DNA of 34,681 bases from Promethearchaeota archaeon (GTDB taxonomy: Archaea; Asgardarchaeota; Lokiarchaeia; Sigyniarchaeales; SOKP01), in assembly GCA_030603385.1 (NCBI GenBank), contig JAUVXW010000042.1, positions 1 through 34,681 of the forward strand, given 5' to 3'. Under the pieces are notes generated by a model that worked only from the letters and a program-made list of their open reading frames with translations, was not told the DNA's origin and did no database searches. Both the position numbers and the translations under genes were made by a program. Position 1 is the first letter of the stretch. Each line of letters begins with the position of its first letter. Shown here piece after piece: positions 10,370-19,964 of this stretch.

Positions 10370-10603
10370 CTATTCTCCCTTGAATCGTGCTGGCTTTTTA
10401 CGATCTTCGTAAATATCCTCCAAAATGCGATCCCACTCATCATCCTCTTTTAAACTACCCGCAAGCTTTTCTAGATTTTTCTTTCTCACATGTTTTTCTT
10501 GTAATAACCGGTTGATGAGTTCAGGAAAGGATTCTCCTTTACGTTTTTGTTTTTTTAACGCATTGTATACATCTTCAGGTAATGAAATAGTTTTTTGTGT
10601 CAT
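10370..10603 (-). CDS. vapB: VapB-type antitoxin
   Basis: KTISLPEDVYNALKKQKRKGESFPELINRLL; ends 3 bp upstream of vapC. Confidence 0.85.
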   Translation of the reverse strand: MTQKTISLPEDVYNALKKQKRKGESFPELINRLLQEKHVRKKNLEKLAGSLKEDDEWDRILEDIYEDRKKPARFKGE

Positions 10604-10838
10604 TATAGAAATATAGATGTAAATTATATTTATAATTTTATAAAATCTTAAATTTTTGGTTCAAACCATCTCCCCTTAGAAGAGGCTTCCTTGGTACTCT
10701 TAAAAAACGTTTTAAGTGATAACATAAATTATTTCTAACGCATTAAATAATTACATCCAGTGGATAAGCTGATAGTTTAGAAATAAAAACAATACTGATA
10801 ATTAAGTATTGGACTCCTAATTTTTTTTTAAGATACAT

Positions 10839-11690
10839 ATGCAAAATTATATTATTAGGATGAAAAACAAAAATGTAGAAAATATGAGTCAATCTTCAAA
10901 AATATTTAATTTATCCGTCTTGAAATCAATACTTCTTGTGTTTGGAGCTTATATGTTTAGCTATTGTTTGGGTCTCATATTTCACGAAATCGGACATGCT
11001 CTCGCTTACACGATAGTAGGTGTTACTGATATAGAAATACATGTTCATCCGTTTGCATTATCTCATTGTTCCTCTGGCTTACGTCCCACAGAAGTACTGC
11101 CGTTTACGGGGAGTATGGGACCACTTTTTAATGTAGTCTGTGCAACTATTGTCTCTCTCTCATTATGGCGTATACGGAATCCTAAACTCTTACCTCTATT
11201 AATGTGGGCTGGAACAGCATACATTGCTGAAGGTGTGGCAATGTTTATGGATATTGCGGGATTACCCATTTTAACAGATTGGGGAAAAGTAATTATTATC
11301 GGTGGTGTATCACCCGTTATTATCGGAATTATGGGTATTGTCTTTATAACTATAGGGAGTATATTTATGCTCCTTCTATTACCTTTGGAAAACATTTCTC
11401 ATCGTGATTTATTCTGGAGAAGATACCTAATAACAACATCTATCTCGGTTTATTTCCTATTATCAGTCATTTATACCTCTATATTTGCTTTAAATGTGTT
11501 GGATAATAGATTAATTGCCTTTTTTTCCTCAATTGTATTCAGTCTTTTGCTTACAGCAATATATAAGCCCATCTTTCCATTTTTAGATCGATTATCCCAT
11601 ACGGAAAGGTCTCCGATAAGCTGGTCTGTAGTTACAATCGCTTGCGGATCAGCTCTAGGTATTATAATCATTGTTTTAGTCTTTTTTTAA
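10839..11690 (+). CDS. Membrane metallopeptidase, M50-like (true start possibly 10884)
   Basis: HEIGH (HExxH) in a TM helix, GPLFN and later TDW; many hydrophobic segments. Confidence 0.75.
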   Translation: MQNYIIRMKNKNVENMSQSSKIFNLSVLKSILLVFGAYMFSYCLGLIFHEIGHALAYTIVGVTDIEIHVHPFALSHCSSGLRPTEVLPFTGSMGPLFNVVCATIVSLSLWRIRNPKLLPLLMWAGTAYIAEGVAMFMDIAGLPILTDWGKVIIIGGVSPVIIGIMGIVFITIGSIFMLLLLPLENISHRDLFWRRYLITTSISVYFLLSVIYTSIFALNVLDNRLIAFFSSIVFSLLLTAIYKPIFPFLDRLSHTERSPISWSVVTIACGSALGIIIIVLVFF

Positions 11691-11893
11691 TAAAATTGAG
11701 GTCGGATTGTAGTTAATGGGCAACTATTGATGCCCCTTCAAACTATAACTAAATGCTTAATTCTTAAATTAAAGAAATAAAGAGCTTTATCCACTAATCA
11801 CTCCTCCAAATTTAAAGGACCATAAAAAAAGAATTATCTAACCTATTCAAAAATAAAAAAAAAAAGAATTTAATATTGTTAAATAAAGTTTCT

Positions 11894-14818
11894 TTATACT
11901 TTACACCCTATAAAGAAAACTTTACGACCACTAGCAATTGCTAATCCCTTTTTAGTAATTATAACCGTGATTCTACCGAAATCATTCTTTCCTTTGTAAA
12001 TCTCATGCTTTTTAGAAACGTGGTGAATAAGAATATCCCATGATACACGTATTTCATCAATTCTAATTTCAATTGTAGATGCATTAATATAGATCGCTGC
12101 ATCACCCCAGACCCAACCTCCATCATGCCAAATTTTACCAAACCCAACAAGCATTTTATGGCTCATTAACCACTCATAGGTAGGTTGACTAACATCTTGT
12201 ACACTAAATTCTCCCGAATATACGTCTAAATGACGATATCCCGGCAGCATTATTCCAGTGAAGTCTGGATTTGCAATTTGATGTCTGAACCTCCATTCAC
12301 CTGTATAATAACTATCAGCTAGAAATCCAAGAGATGGAACATCAATCTCATTGTAATAATCATCGAAATCATATGGTACCAAGCCAGTAGATACGTATGG
12401 GCAATTGTCCCAGTCTCTTATGGCGGAAGAATCTAAACTTAACCTTGTAGGCCAGTATCTATCAAACCTAGACATTAAGTAAACCATTATGGCGGGATCT
12501 CCGAAACCTTCTCCCATGTTACTAACTGACAATAATCCATATGCTCCCCATTCGAAAATAGTAAGCCCTGGGTAAGCACCCGGAAGAAATTGTCCTGTCA
12601 TAAACGCTGGCCATGGGTACCATGGCTCCCACGGTGGAAATACAGCAAGTGCGCCAGGATTTTCAACAGCATATTGATATAAGAATACTGCTCCTGCGCT
12701 GCCCACTTCTCTAGACCAATTTTCAGCTGTTAATCCGCTTATCATGCTAGGTAAATCATACTCATTATCCACTAATTCTGGGTATTTTGCCACAGTTCCA
12801 CCATCGCGTGGGATTATTCCTTTTAGATCTTCTTCCCAGTACATTGACGCGTAGTTTGCCATTGCACTTCCACCGAAGCTATCACCAGCAAGGTAGATTC
12901 TCTTTTCTCCTGACACTGCTTTTGCTAGATCCACAGCTTCCTTTATATCGCTTAACCACTGGTTCCATCCCCAATCTACCATGAACGAGAGATCACTATG
13001 GGTTAGATGCTGATCTACAAAGTGAGTTCTGTAATCTATAGAGTAAACTTCCCAACCCCTATTTGCAAGATAGATAGCATGACTATGGTTTTCGTGTTTT
13101 GTATGTGTGTCTGTAAGTGGATTTGAAATCATTTGCTCACCACTACTCCATGTCCCGGGTAGCATGAAATAAACTCCATGTGGTTCAATGCCCTCTTTCA
13201 CTAATCTGTGTACACCTATTTTATCATAAGGTCCATAAGGTGCTCTTTTCATTTCCCAAACATCTTCTCTCAAATCAGGATAAGCCTTAATTCCCCTTCC
13301 ATCTGCAGTTTTAACCCATTTCAATAGAGCCGCAGGAGTTTCGTCAAGATCGTTGATAATATCAATAAACATTTCGGTTGTTGGTACCAGGGCGTCTTTT
13401 GCTACTGTATCTGGTGTATCATACTTAGTGAACTGAGGAGAATTATGAGAGATAAAGTTGATAGTTGGTATTCCGAGTGCATGGAATTTTCCTCCCTCAC
13501 CTGGGACAGCGAAAGCACCCGGTAAACAAAATGTACGTTCCATATCGTTTTCTACAATCGCTTCAGAAGTGTAAGAAAGCAGGTATTCATTCGCTGACAT
13601 AAAGGGTCCTGAAAGAAACAAGCCTCTTGGAGAAACTAGCCCAGTTTCAACAAATTCTCCATCGATTACCTTGATTTGTTTACTAATCATCTCAATATTT
13701 ATAGCACACGCAACTTTGGGCAATAAATCGTATACTTTGCAATCATACTCATTCCAAGCTGCCTTTTTACCGAAGTGACTTCCGAAACTAACGAATAACA
13801 ATGTTTTTTCTCTAAAATATTTAGGAATTCGAGCAAAATATTTAGCCAAAGCTATAATTACTGATGACCCTGAAGCTTCATTAGTTGCCCATCCATCATG
13901 ATGAGATAAAACAACGATTATATCATCTGTCTTCCCTTGTAGTGACCCATAAACGTTGTAAGTTACTCCAGATCCCTCTTCTCCAGTTAAAACTATGGTT
14001 GCTTCCACCGAATCAGAACTTAACAAAAATCTCAAATAATCACCGTCATTAGGACTCACAGTTAATCCAGGGAGTGACCCATCAGCATACCAATGAAGAT
14101 ACTGATTAACATCGTCAGCCATGCAAGTAAGAATACCCACATAACCTATAGCTCCATAAGTATTGGCTAGATTATATGAACTTTCCAAGTTAGCTAAAGG
14201 CCAATTTTCCGTAGCCATTTCACCACTACCCATAGTATTATCTGGATCATACTCAAACAAAACAAAATTATCAAGAAAACCTGTATAGGGCCATGGTGCA
14301 GCAATTATGTCTACAAGAACTATTTTACCTTCAACCCCACCATTTCCGCTCACAGCATCGAATTCTGTTTGTGATCCCGTCCCTACATAAACCATCTCAG
14401 CTGTAATTCCTTCTGGAGGTGTAAAGGCGGCATACCGTAAGAAATAACATGGTATATCCTCATCATCTCCATCTGTATTAATCGTTAGACCCCATTCATC
14501 TGGAAAACAAATAGATGCAGGTACTGGCTCCAGAAATGTATCTTCTAATCCAACTTCCTCGAATTTTTGTAAGACATATTCAGCTCCTTCCCAATCTGCA
14601 GCTGTTCCTGGCATTCGATAACCATACCGACCGTGATCACCTATTTCCCATATATCTTCTACCCAACCAAATATTTCATCCTCAGAAGGTACTTTGGGCT
14701 TGTAATGTCGATGTCTACCATGTCCATAAGAACAAGAAACTCCTGTAGTTGCAAACGCAAAAATCCCAATAATCAATATAAATGCTATAGAATAAAATTT
14801 CAATTTTTTAATTTGCAT
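11894..14818 (-). CDS. Secreted fusion: PA-domain/M28-type peptidase plus alpha/beta hydrolase
   Basis: Signal peptide; YRMPGT, AEMVYVG...VEGKIVLVD (PA), SHHDG, NEASG, NIEM (M28-like); second half LPGTWS, YSIDYR, GDSFGG nucleophile elbow, GYRHLD. Confidence 0.8.
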   Translation of the reverse strand: MQIKKLKFYSIAFILIIGIFAFATTGVSCSYGHGRHRHYKPKVPSEDEIFGWVEDIWEIGDHGRYGYRMPGTAADWEGAEYVLQKFEEVGLEDTFLEPVPASICFPDEWGLTINTDGDDEDIPCYFLRYAAFTPPEGITAEMVYVGTGSQTEFDAVSGNGGVEGKIVLVDIIAAPWPYTGFLDNFVLFEYDPDNTMGSGEMATENWPLANLESSYNLANTYGAIGYVGILTCMADDVNQYLHWYADGSLPGLTVSPNDGDYLRFLLSSDSVEATIVLTGEEGSGVTYNVYGSLQGKTDDIIVVLSHHDGWATNEASGSSVIIALAKYFARIPKYFREKTLLFVSFGSHFGKKAAWNEYDCKVYDLLPKVACAINIEMISKQIKVIDGEFVETGLVSPRGLFLSGPFMSANEYLLSYTSEAIVENDMERTFCLPGAFAVPGEGGKFHALGIPTINFISHNSPQFTKYDTPDTVAKDALVPTTEMFIDIINDLDETPAALLKWVKTADGRGIKAYPDLREDVWEMKRAPYGPYDKIGVHRLVKEGIEPHGVYFMLPGTWSSGEQMISNPLTDTHTKHENHSHAIYLANRGWEVYSIDYRTHFVDQHLTHSDLSFMVDWGWNQWLSDIKEAVDLAKAVSGEKRIYLAGDSFGGSAMANYASMYWEEDLKGIIPRDGGTVAKYPELVDNEYDLPSMISGLTAENWSREVGSAGAVFLYQYAVENPGALAVFPPWEPWYPWPAFMTGQFLPGAYPGLTIFEWGAYGLLSVSNMGEGFGDPAIMVYLMSRFDRYWPTRLSLDSSAIRDWDNCPYVSTGLVPYDFDDYYNEIDVPSLGFLADSYYTGEWRFRHQIANPDFTGIMLPGYRHLDVYSGEFSVQDVSQPTYEWLMSHKMLVGFGKIWHDGGWVWGDAAIYINASTIEIRIDEIRVSWDILIHHVSKKHEIYKGKNDFGRITVIITKKGLAIASGRKVFFIGCKV

Positions 14819-15179
14819 TTAATTTTTCCTCATTTTTTTTTAAACAGTATTAAAGCGTTAAAAATACCTTAATACTATGTTTCAACTCTTTGATTTTTTT
14901 GTTTAAATATAGATTTCAAAGCAAGTTATAATTTGATCCCTCTCTATATAAATATTTACATCTTTGTAAATTGATATCATTGACTAAAATTTAAGGTACG
15001 ATAATAACTCAAGAGAAAACTTTCTTGAACATTTCCAGCTTAGAATTATCTCTTGACCTATAATTGAGCAAAAAAATATTATAAAAATAATTTTTAAAAG
15101 TGAAATCTAACCTACCTGAATACTACACGACTTATTGAGGGAAAGCAATTTTTAAGAAGAAATCGTAAGATGATTTTCT

Positions 15180-15875
15180 TCACCCAGGATACTTATCAAT
15201 GGCTTTTCGTATCTTCTCTGCAGCGCTATGTGGATTTTTCGCACGTGTAATTCCTCCACCTACTATAATAATATCCAATGGATAAGTTAATAGCTTCGGA
15301 ATGTCGGTTACACGAATGCCACCAGCTACCGCTAATTTTGGATGTTCTCTTAACCGCACTACAGATTCTAATTCTAAAAAAGGGGTTCGTCGTGATGCTT
15401 GGCGATCTAAGCCACTATGTACGAGAGTATAATGTAATTTTGTTTCTTCATAATTAAGGTCTATAAGGGCTGCTAATCTGATAACTTGTGATCGGCACGT
15501 GATAAGATCTGCCATAATCTCAACGTTAAAATCATGCGCAGCACGTAAAGCCTCTATGATTGTAATATCGTAAGCATCGGCTAGAACTGTAACAATATCT
15601 GCTTTCGCTTTAGCTGCCATCTTTACCTCAAGGTATCCCGCATCTGCCGTTTTTAAATCTGCACAAACCAACTTGTCTGGGTGTGCATCTTTTAACGCTT
15701 GAATAGCTCGTACACCTTCGGATTTTATTAACGGCGTTCCGGCTTCCAAAATGTCAACAAAAGGAGCCACTTCCCTCGATATCGCCAGTGCATCATCCAA
15801 GGTCTCAAAGTCCAATGCCACTTGTAACCGAGGCTTTTGTTTCTCTTTTTTATGTGTCTGTTCCAAATCTATCAT
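15180..15875 (-). CDS. hxlA: 3-hexulose-6-phosphate synthase (OMPDC/HUMPS family)
   Basis: LQVALD, EAGTPLIKSEG, ADLKTADAG, VHSGLDRQ, VAGGI, VGGGIT. Confidence 0.8.
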   Translation of the reverse strand: MIDLEQTHKKEKQKPRLQVALDFETLDDALAISREVAPFVDILEAGTPLIKSEGVRAIQALKDAHPDKLVCADLKTADAGYLEVKMAAKAKADIVTVLADAYDITIIEALRAAHDFNVEIMADLITCRSQVIRLAALIDLNYEETKLHYTLVHSGLDRQASRRTPFLELESVVRLREHPKLAVAGGIRVTDIPKLLTYPLDIIIVGGGITRAKNPHSAAEKIRKAIDKYPG

Positions 15876-16117
15876 AATTCATTTCTATTATGTGAAAGTC
15901 TTAGGATAAATGAGAAAGTCTTACTATAAATAGATGCTACATTATTGTTATTTTTTTAGACAAAATGTTCCTCTTTTTTTACTATCTTTTATTAAATAAA
16001 ATCTTCACATATACGAGAAAAACAGAAAATGGTATTCCAAAAGAAAGCTTTCTTAAGCATAAAGCCGTGCGAATTTTTTAATTATCTTTAAATATTTCAT
16101 TTTACATTATAATAATA

Positions 16118-16306
16118 ATGAGTACTGAAAAAATTAAAGACCAAATCATTTCATTTATAAAATCACTTCCAGAGGATGTAACATTAGAAGATATCATGTA
16201 TCATTTATACGTTAGGGAAAAAATTTTTCGTGGTTTAAAGGATGCCGATGAAGGTAAAAAAGTATCAAATGAAAATGCTAAAGAAATTATCGAAAAATGG
16301 TTCTAA
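16118..16306 (+). CDS. Putative antitoxin of RelE/ParE pair
   Basis: LPEDVTLEDIMYHLYVREKI..GLKD..EGK; overlaps the toxin start. Confidence 0.75.
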   Translation: MSTEKIKDQIISFIKSLPEDVTLEDIMYHLYVREKIFRGLKDADEGKKVSNENAKEIIEKWF

Positions 16307-16581
16307 TAGAATGGACTGATCGCTCTTTAGAAGACCTAAACGAGATACATGATTATATAGCTCGTGATTCAAAAAATTATGCAAATCTTTTTGTTAAGAA
16401 AATTTACGAGACTGTCCAAAAATTAAAGGATTTTCCAAATATTGGTAGAGTAGTCCCCGAAGTTAGTAATTCCTCCGTAAGAGAAGTTATTTTTCAAAAT
16501 TATCGGATTATATATAGAAAGATGAATAAGTACGTTGAGATTATTACAATAATTCACGGGAGTCGTTTATTAAGAATATGA
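16297..16581 (+). CDS. RelE/ParE family toxin
   Basis: WT..S.EDL.EI.DYIARDS...FPNIGRVVPE...YRIIYR...IIHGSR. Confidence 0.9.
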   Translation: MVLIEWTDRSLEDLNEIHDYIARDSKNYANLFVKKIYETVQKLKDFPNIGRVVPEVSNSSVREVIFQNYRIIYRKMNKYVEIITIIHGSRLLRI

Positions 16582-16759
16582 TTCTACCACAGTATTTAGC
16601 GTCCTTATTCATTAATTCTCATTCAAAAAAACATTAACTAGGTAAATCTGTTGCAGAGGTTTGTGACACTCATAAAAACTATATTATTAAACATTATTTA
16701 GGAGATAAATTTTATTTAACTAAAGAAAATAAAGGTGCAAGATTATATCTTATATTTAT

Positions 16760-17401
16760 ATGAAATCCTTAGAACATAAGGCAGAGAAGTATGATAAGGG
16801 AATCAAGTCAATTACATTAGGAAAATTACCTAAAATAAAACAATTCATTGTAGATAACTATCTCAATGAAGGTGAAAAAATATTAGATATAGGAATGGGA
16901 ACAGGCACATTCGCAATTTTAGCTGTGCAAAAAGGAGTGAGAGTTACAGGAATAGATATTTCTGAAAAAATGTTAAAGGTTGCGAAAAATAAAATTACTC
17001 AGGAAAATTTGTCTGAACAAATCGAAATAATTAAAATGCCTGTAATAGATATGGATGAAAAATTTAAGAATAAATCCTTCGATAAAGTCGTAGCAACCCT
17101 CTCTTTCAGTGAATTTTATCAAAAAGAACAAGATTTTTGTTTAACTCAAATTAATAGAGTTTTAAAAAATAATGGAGAATTTATTATACTTGATGAGGTT
17201 AAACCAAAAATTATTTGGAAGAAAATCCTGTATTTTTTTGTTAGGATTCCACTTGCTTTTATTAATTTCCTTAAAGCACATGTCTCAACTTCATCTTTAA
17301 AAAATTTTGATGAAAAATTAGAAGCATATAATTTTTTGATTTTAGAAGAACATTTGTATCTATTAGATACGTTGAAATTAGTTAGAGCAAAAAAAAACTG
17401 A
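16760..17401 (+). CDS. Class I SAM-dependent methyltransferase, corrinoid-protein-associated (CpaM-like)
   Basis: ILDIGMGTG, VTGIDIS, FDKVVA...FSE; ends 8 bp upstream of the HgcAB-like gene. Confidence 0.85.
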   Translation: MKSLEHKAEKYDKGIKSITLGKLPKIKQFIVDNYLNEGEKILDIGMGTGTFAILAVQKGVRVTGIDISEKMLKVAKNKITQENLSEQIEIIKMPVIDMDEKFKNKSFDKVVATLSFSEFYQKEQDFCLTQINRVLKNNGEFIILDEVKPKIIWKKILYFFVRIPLAFINFLKAHVSTSSLKNFDEKLEAYNFLILEEHLYLLDTLKLVRAKKN

Positions 17402-17409
17402 GAACTAAA

Positions 17410-18501
17410 ATGAGTGTTAAAGAAAAATTAAAATTATTTGGCGGGTATTTTTTTAGATGGATCGGCTTTCCAGTGGAACCGGATGTCAATAAAATTGGAA
17501 ATCCAACAAACGAGAGCCCGGTTTTTCTAACTTGTAATTTCAATATCACGGTAAAAAGAGTTTTAAAAGCATTAAAAGGACTTAATTGTTATTTATTGGT
17601 TGCGCCTTCAAGAGGCATAAATGTATGGTGTGGAGCCTGTGGAGATGATTTCCATACTGATTCAATTTTATCAATAATTAAAACAAGTGGGATCAACGCG
17701 CTTGTTTCTCATAGAACCCTAATTTTACCTCAGTTAAGTGCCCCTGGAATAGATACTGTAATCATAAAGAATAAAACGGGATGGAATGTAAAGTTTGGAC
17801 CAGTATACGCTAAAGATATTCCTGAATATATTAAAAATAATTGTCAAAAAACTGAAGAACAACGAAAAATAAGATTTCCCTTGTCAAAAAGAGCTGAAAT
17901 GGCTAATTTATATTTCTTTATGTTATTCATTTTTCTTACGGGTATTTATTGGGTAGTCTCTATTTTCTTAAATTTTTTGGATTTAATACTCTATATAAAT
18001 AGTACATTAATCATCACTGTAATAATATACGGGTCTCTGATAATATTGCCAAGCATCTCCACAAAAACAGGAAAAATGAAGGTATTTATTTACCAACTTA
18101 TCATTTTATCTATTATTATAATTCTCTATGTTTTTCAGATATACAATACCTTCTTTCTAATCTGGAGTATTATTTTATCAAGTTTAATAGTTCTAATTGT
18201 TGCTGAGGACTTTAATGGACTAACTCCAACTTACAAAAGTGAATTAGGAGAAAGATTGTGGAATAAAGGTAATAAAACTTTTAAATTCCTTTTTGGAGAA
18301 TATAAATTACAACCCTATGGACAAATTAACCTTGAAAGAGATAAATGTTTAGGTTGTAATGTGTGTATTGATGTTTGTCCTAGAAATTTGTATAGTTTTA
18401 ATGAAGAAGATAAAAAAGTAGATCTTAATAATCCTGATAAATGTATTAATTGTAATGCTTGTGTCAAACGATGTTTAGCTCAATGTTTGAATATATCATA
18501 A
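17410..18501 (+). CDS. Fused HgcAB-like protein (corrinoid domain, TM helices, 2x[4Fe-4S] ferredoxin)
   Basis: SPVFLTCNF, GINVWCGACG, SHRTLILPQL.APG, GW.VKFGPVYAKDIPEY; about 4 TM helices; CLGCNVCIDVCP and CINCNACVKRC. Confidence 0.85.
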   Translation: MSVKEKLKLFGGYFFRWIGFPVEPDVNKIGNPTNESPVFLTCNFNITVKRVLKALKGLNCYLLVAPSRGINVWCGACGDDFHTDSILSIIKTSGINALVSHRTLILPQLSAPGIDTVIIKNKTGWNVKFGPVYAKDIPEYIKNNCQKTEEQRKIRFPLSKRAEMANLYFFMLFIFLTGIYWVVSIFLNFLDLILYINSTLIITVIIYGSLIILPSISTKTGKMKVFIYQLIILSIIIILYVFQIYNTFFLIWSIILSSLIVLIVAEDFNGLTPTYKSELGERLWNKGNKTFKFLFGEYKLQPYGQINLERDKCLGCNVCIDVCPRNLYSFNEEDKKVDLNNPDKCINCNACVKRCLAQCLNIS

Positions 18502-18592
18502 CACATATAATGTATTTGGGAAAATTGTGAGTCTCTTGTACATTTTTCTAATAATTATTGGAATTATTACTTTTTTCATTTTAATATTTTGA

Positions 18593-18655
18593 GTATGATA
18601 ATGTATGCAAGAATCGTATGCTAGGATTTAAAAATAGGTGAAAATATTGAATGAT
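18593..18655 (+). repeat. 63-bp direct repeat copy B (orphan fragment of ORF 2236..2442)
   Basis: Matches 2394-2456; no upstream part of the ORF here. Confidence 0.85.
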
Positions 18656-18897
18656 TTCAATTGGACCCTTAATTAAAGAACTTAGGGATCATCTTTTATA
18701 CATAATTCATGTGATACTAAATGTATTATATTCGCATGATTTAAACTCCAAAATCCATTAAAACCTTAGCAAATTTTTGCTTACATAAACGTATTAGATT
18801 GGTAGGAAGGGATAATACCGACAATATTTAAAGAAAACAAACGCTAATACTCTTAAACTATTTTGTAGCTTCTTCTAAAATCGCTTCACACATTTAA

Positions 18898-19170
18898 TTA
18901 AGCAGGTTTAATTAATCTAAACAAATTCTGTGCGAGTTTTTTAATAATTGGAACATGCCCTTCCGTTAGAAGTTGATCCTGAAATAAGATTGCTGGCGGG
19001 ATTAAATCCCCAAATTTTTTTTTGGTATCACTCGAATAAACATCCTCATAGCTCACCTCGATCTTTTCTTTAAATTCTGGTATCGATGCAAACATCCGCT
19101 CGATAATGTTTACTGTTTTGCAACATTTAGCACAATAGTTTTCTTCTTCATTTTTTAATAAAACATGCAT
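18898..19170 (-). CDS. Small thioredoxin-fold protein
   Basis: CAKC, ...PPAILFQDQLL.EGHVP typical of small thioredoxin-like proteins. Confidence 0.65.
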   Translation of the reverse strand: MHVLLKNEEENYCAKCCKTVNIIERMFASIPEFKEKIEVSYEDVYSSDTKKKFGDLIPPAILFQDQLLTEGHVPIIKKLAQNLFRLIKPA

Positions 19171-19520
19171 AACTAGTTTTGATATTATATATCACTTTAC
19201 CCTAATATTTCCTTTAAACTTAAACTATTAAATATTTTATCTAATATATGATTTCTGAAAACTCTCCTCTCTATCTTTTTTTAACTAAGTGGAATTTGAA
19301 ATATATAAATGTATAATCTGCTAAGTTGGCATTAACAAATACCATGAATTTTATTATGTTAAATGGAAAAAGTTTAGCTACATTTATTAACATTAGAACC
19401 TTAATCCTAACAATGTGTATCTCATTACTTTACCACTCTATTAATTAACGGAGTAAAAAATATCCATATAACATGCTTATTAATATGAGATAATGTAATT
19501 TTAAAAACCAGGTAAATAGA

Positions 19521-19889
19521 ATGACGCTAGATATAACTCTAAATTCTTTATATATATGTGTCAAGAATATGGACCGTGCAATCAAGTTTTATGAAAACTT
19601 TTTTGAACAACCCGTTTTTAAAAAGGATAAAATTCTCAGCATTTTTAATATAAAAGGTTTTAGGTTTTGCCTCTTTAATAATGGTGAAGTGAATGAAAAT
19701 GTTACTTGGGGAGATAATTGTTTGCCAAGCTTTGAAGTTAATGATATAAATAAAGAAATTGAAAAACTCAAGATATTAGATAGAGAAATAGTATTTCCTC
19801 TCACAAAAATACGTGATAATTGGGTTTTAGAATTTAAAGATACTGAAGGCAATGATATAGAAGTTTATAGCAAAATAAATAATATATAG
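19521..19889 (+). CDS. VOC/glyoxalase family protein
   Basis: VKNMDRAIKFYE, SFEVNDI, FKDTEGNDIE. Confidence 0.9.
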   Translation: MTLDITLNSLYICVKNMDRAIKFYENFFEQPVFKKDKILSIFNIKGFRFCLFNNGEVNENVTWGDNCLPSFEVNDINKEIEKLKILDREIVFPLTKIRDNWVLEFKDTEGNDIEVYSKINNI

Positions 19890-19939
19890 AATTTAATATC
19901 AGTCTTTCTTACTTATTAAAGGATGAAAGAGTTAACTGA
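19884..19939 (+). repeat. MKELTD repeat copy R1 (upstream region plus first ~5 codons)
   Basis: Matches 30472-30527 with 2 mismatches. Confidence 0.85.
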
Positions 19940-19964
19940 GATTTCTATTTTGAAATTCATATAT

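Noticed and set aside
10660-10700. Minus-strand GAAGCCTCTTCTAAGGGGAGATGGTTTGA resembling an IS200/IS605 right end
   Set aside because: Short, imperfect hairpin and no tnpA/tnpB remnant nearby
17410-18501. Calling this a bona fide mercury methylase hgcA
   Set aside because: Cap helix deviates from NVWCAAGK, the gene is fused and the HgcB C-terminal cysteine pair is absent
19337-19364. dif-like site (TTATGTTAAAT matches the bacterial XerD arm); also a 10-7-10 IR at 27053-27079
   Set aside because: Left arm is a poor match, and such AT-rich words are expected by chance in this composition
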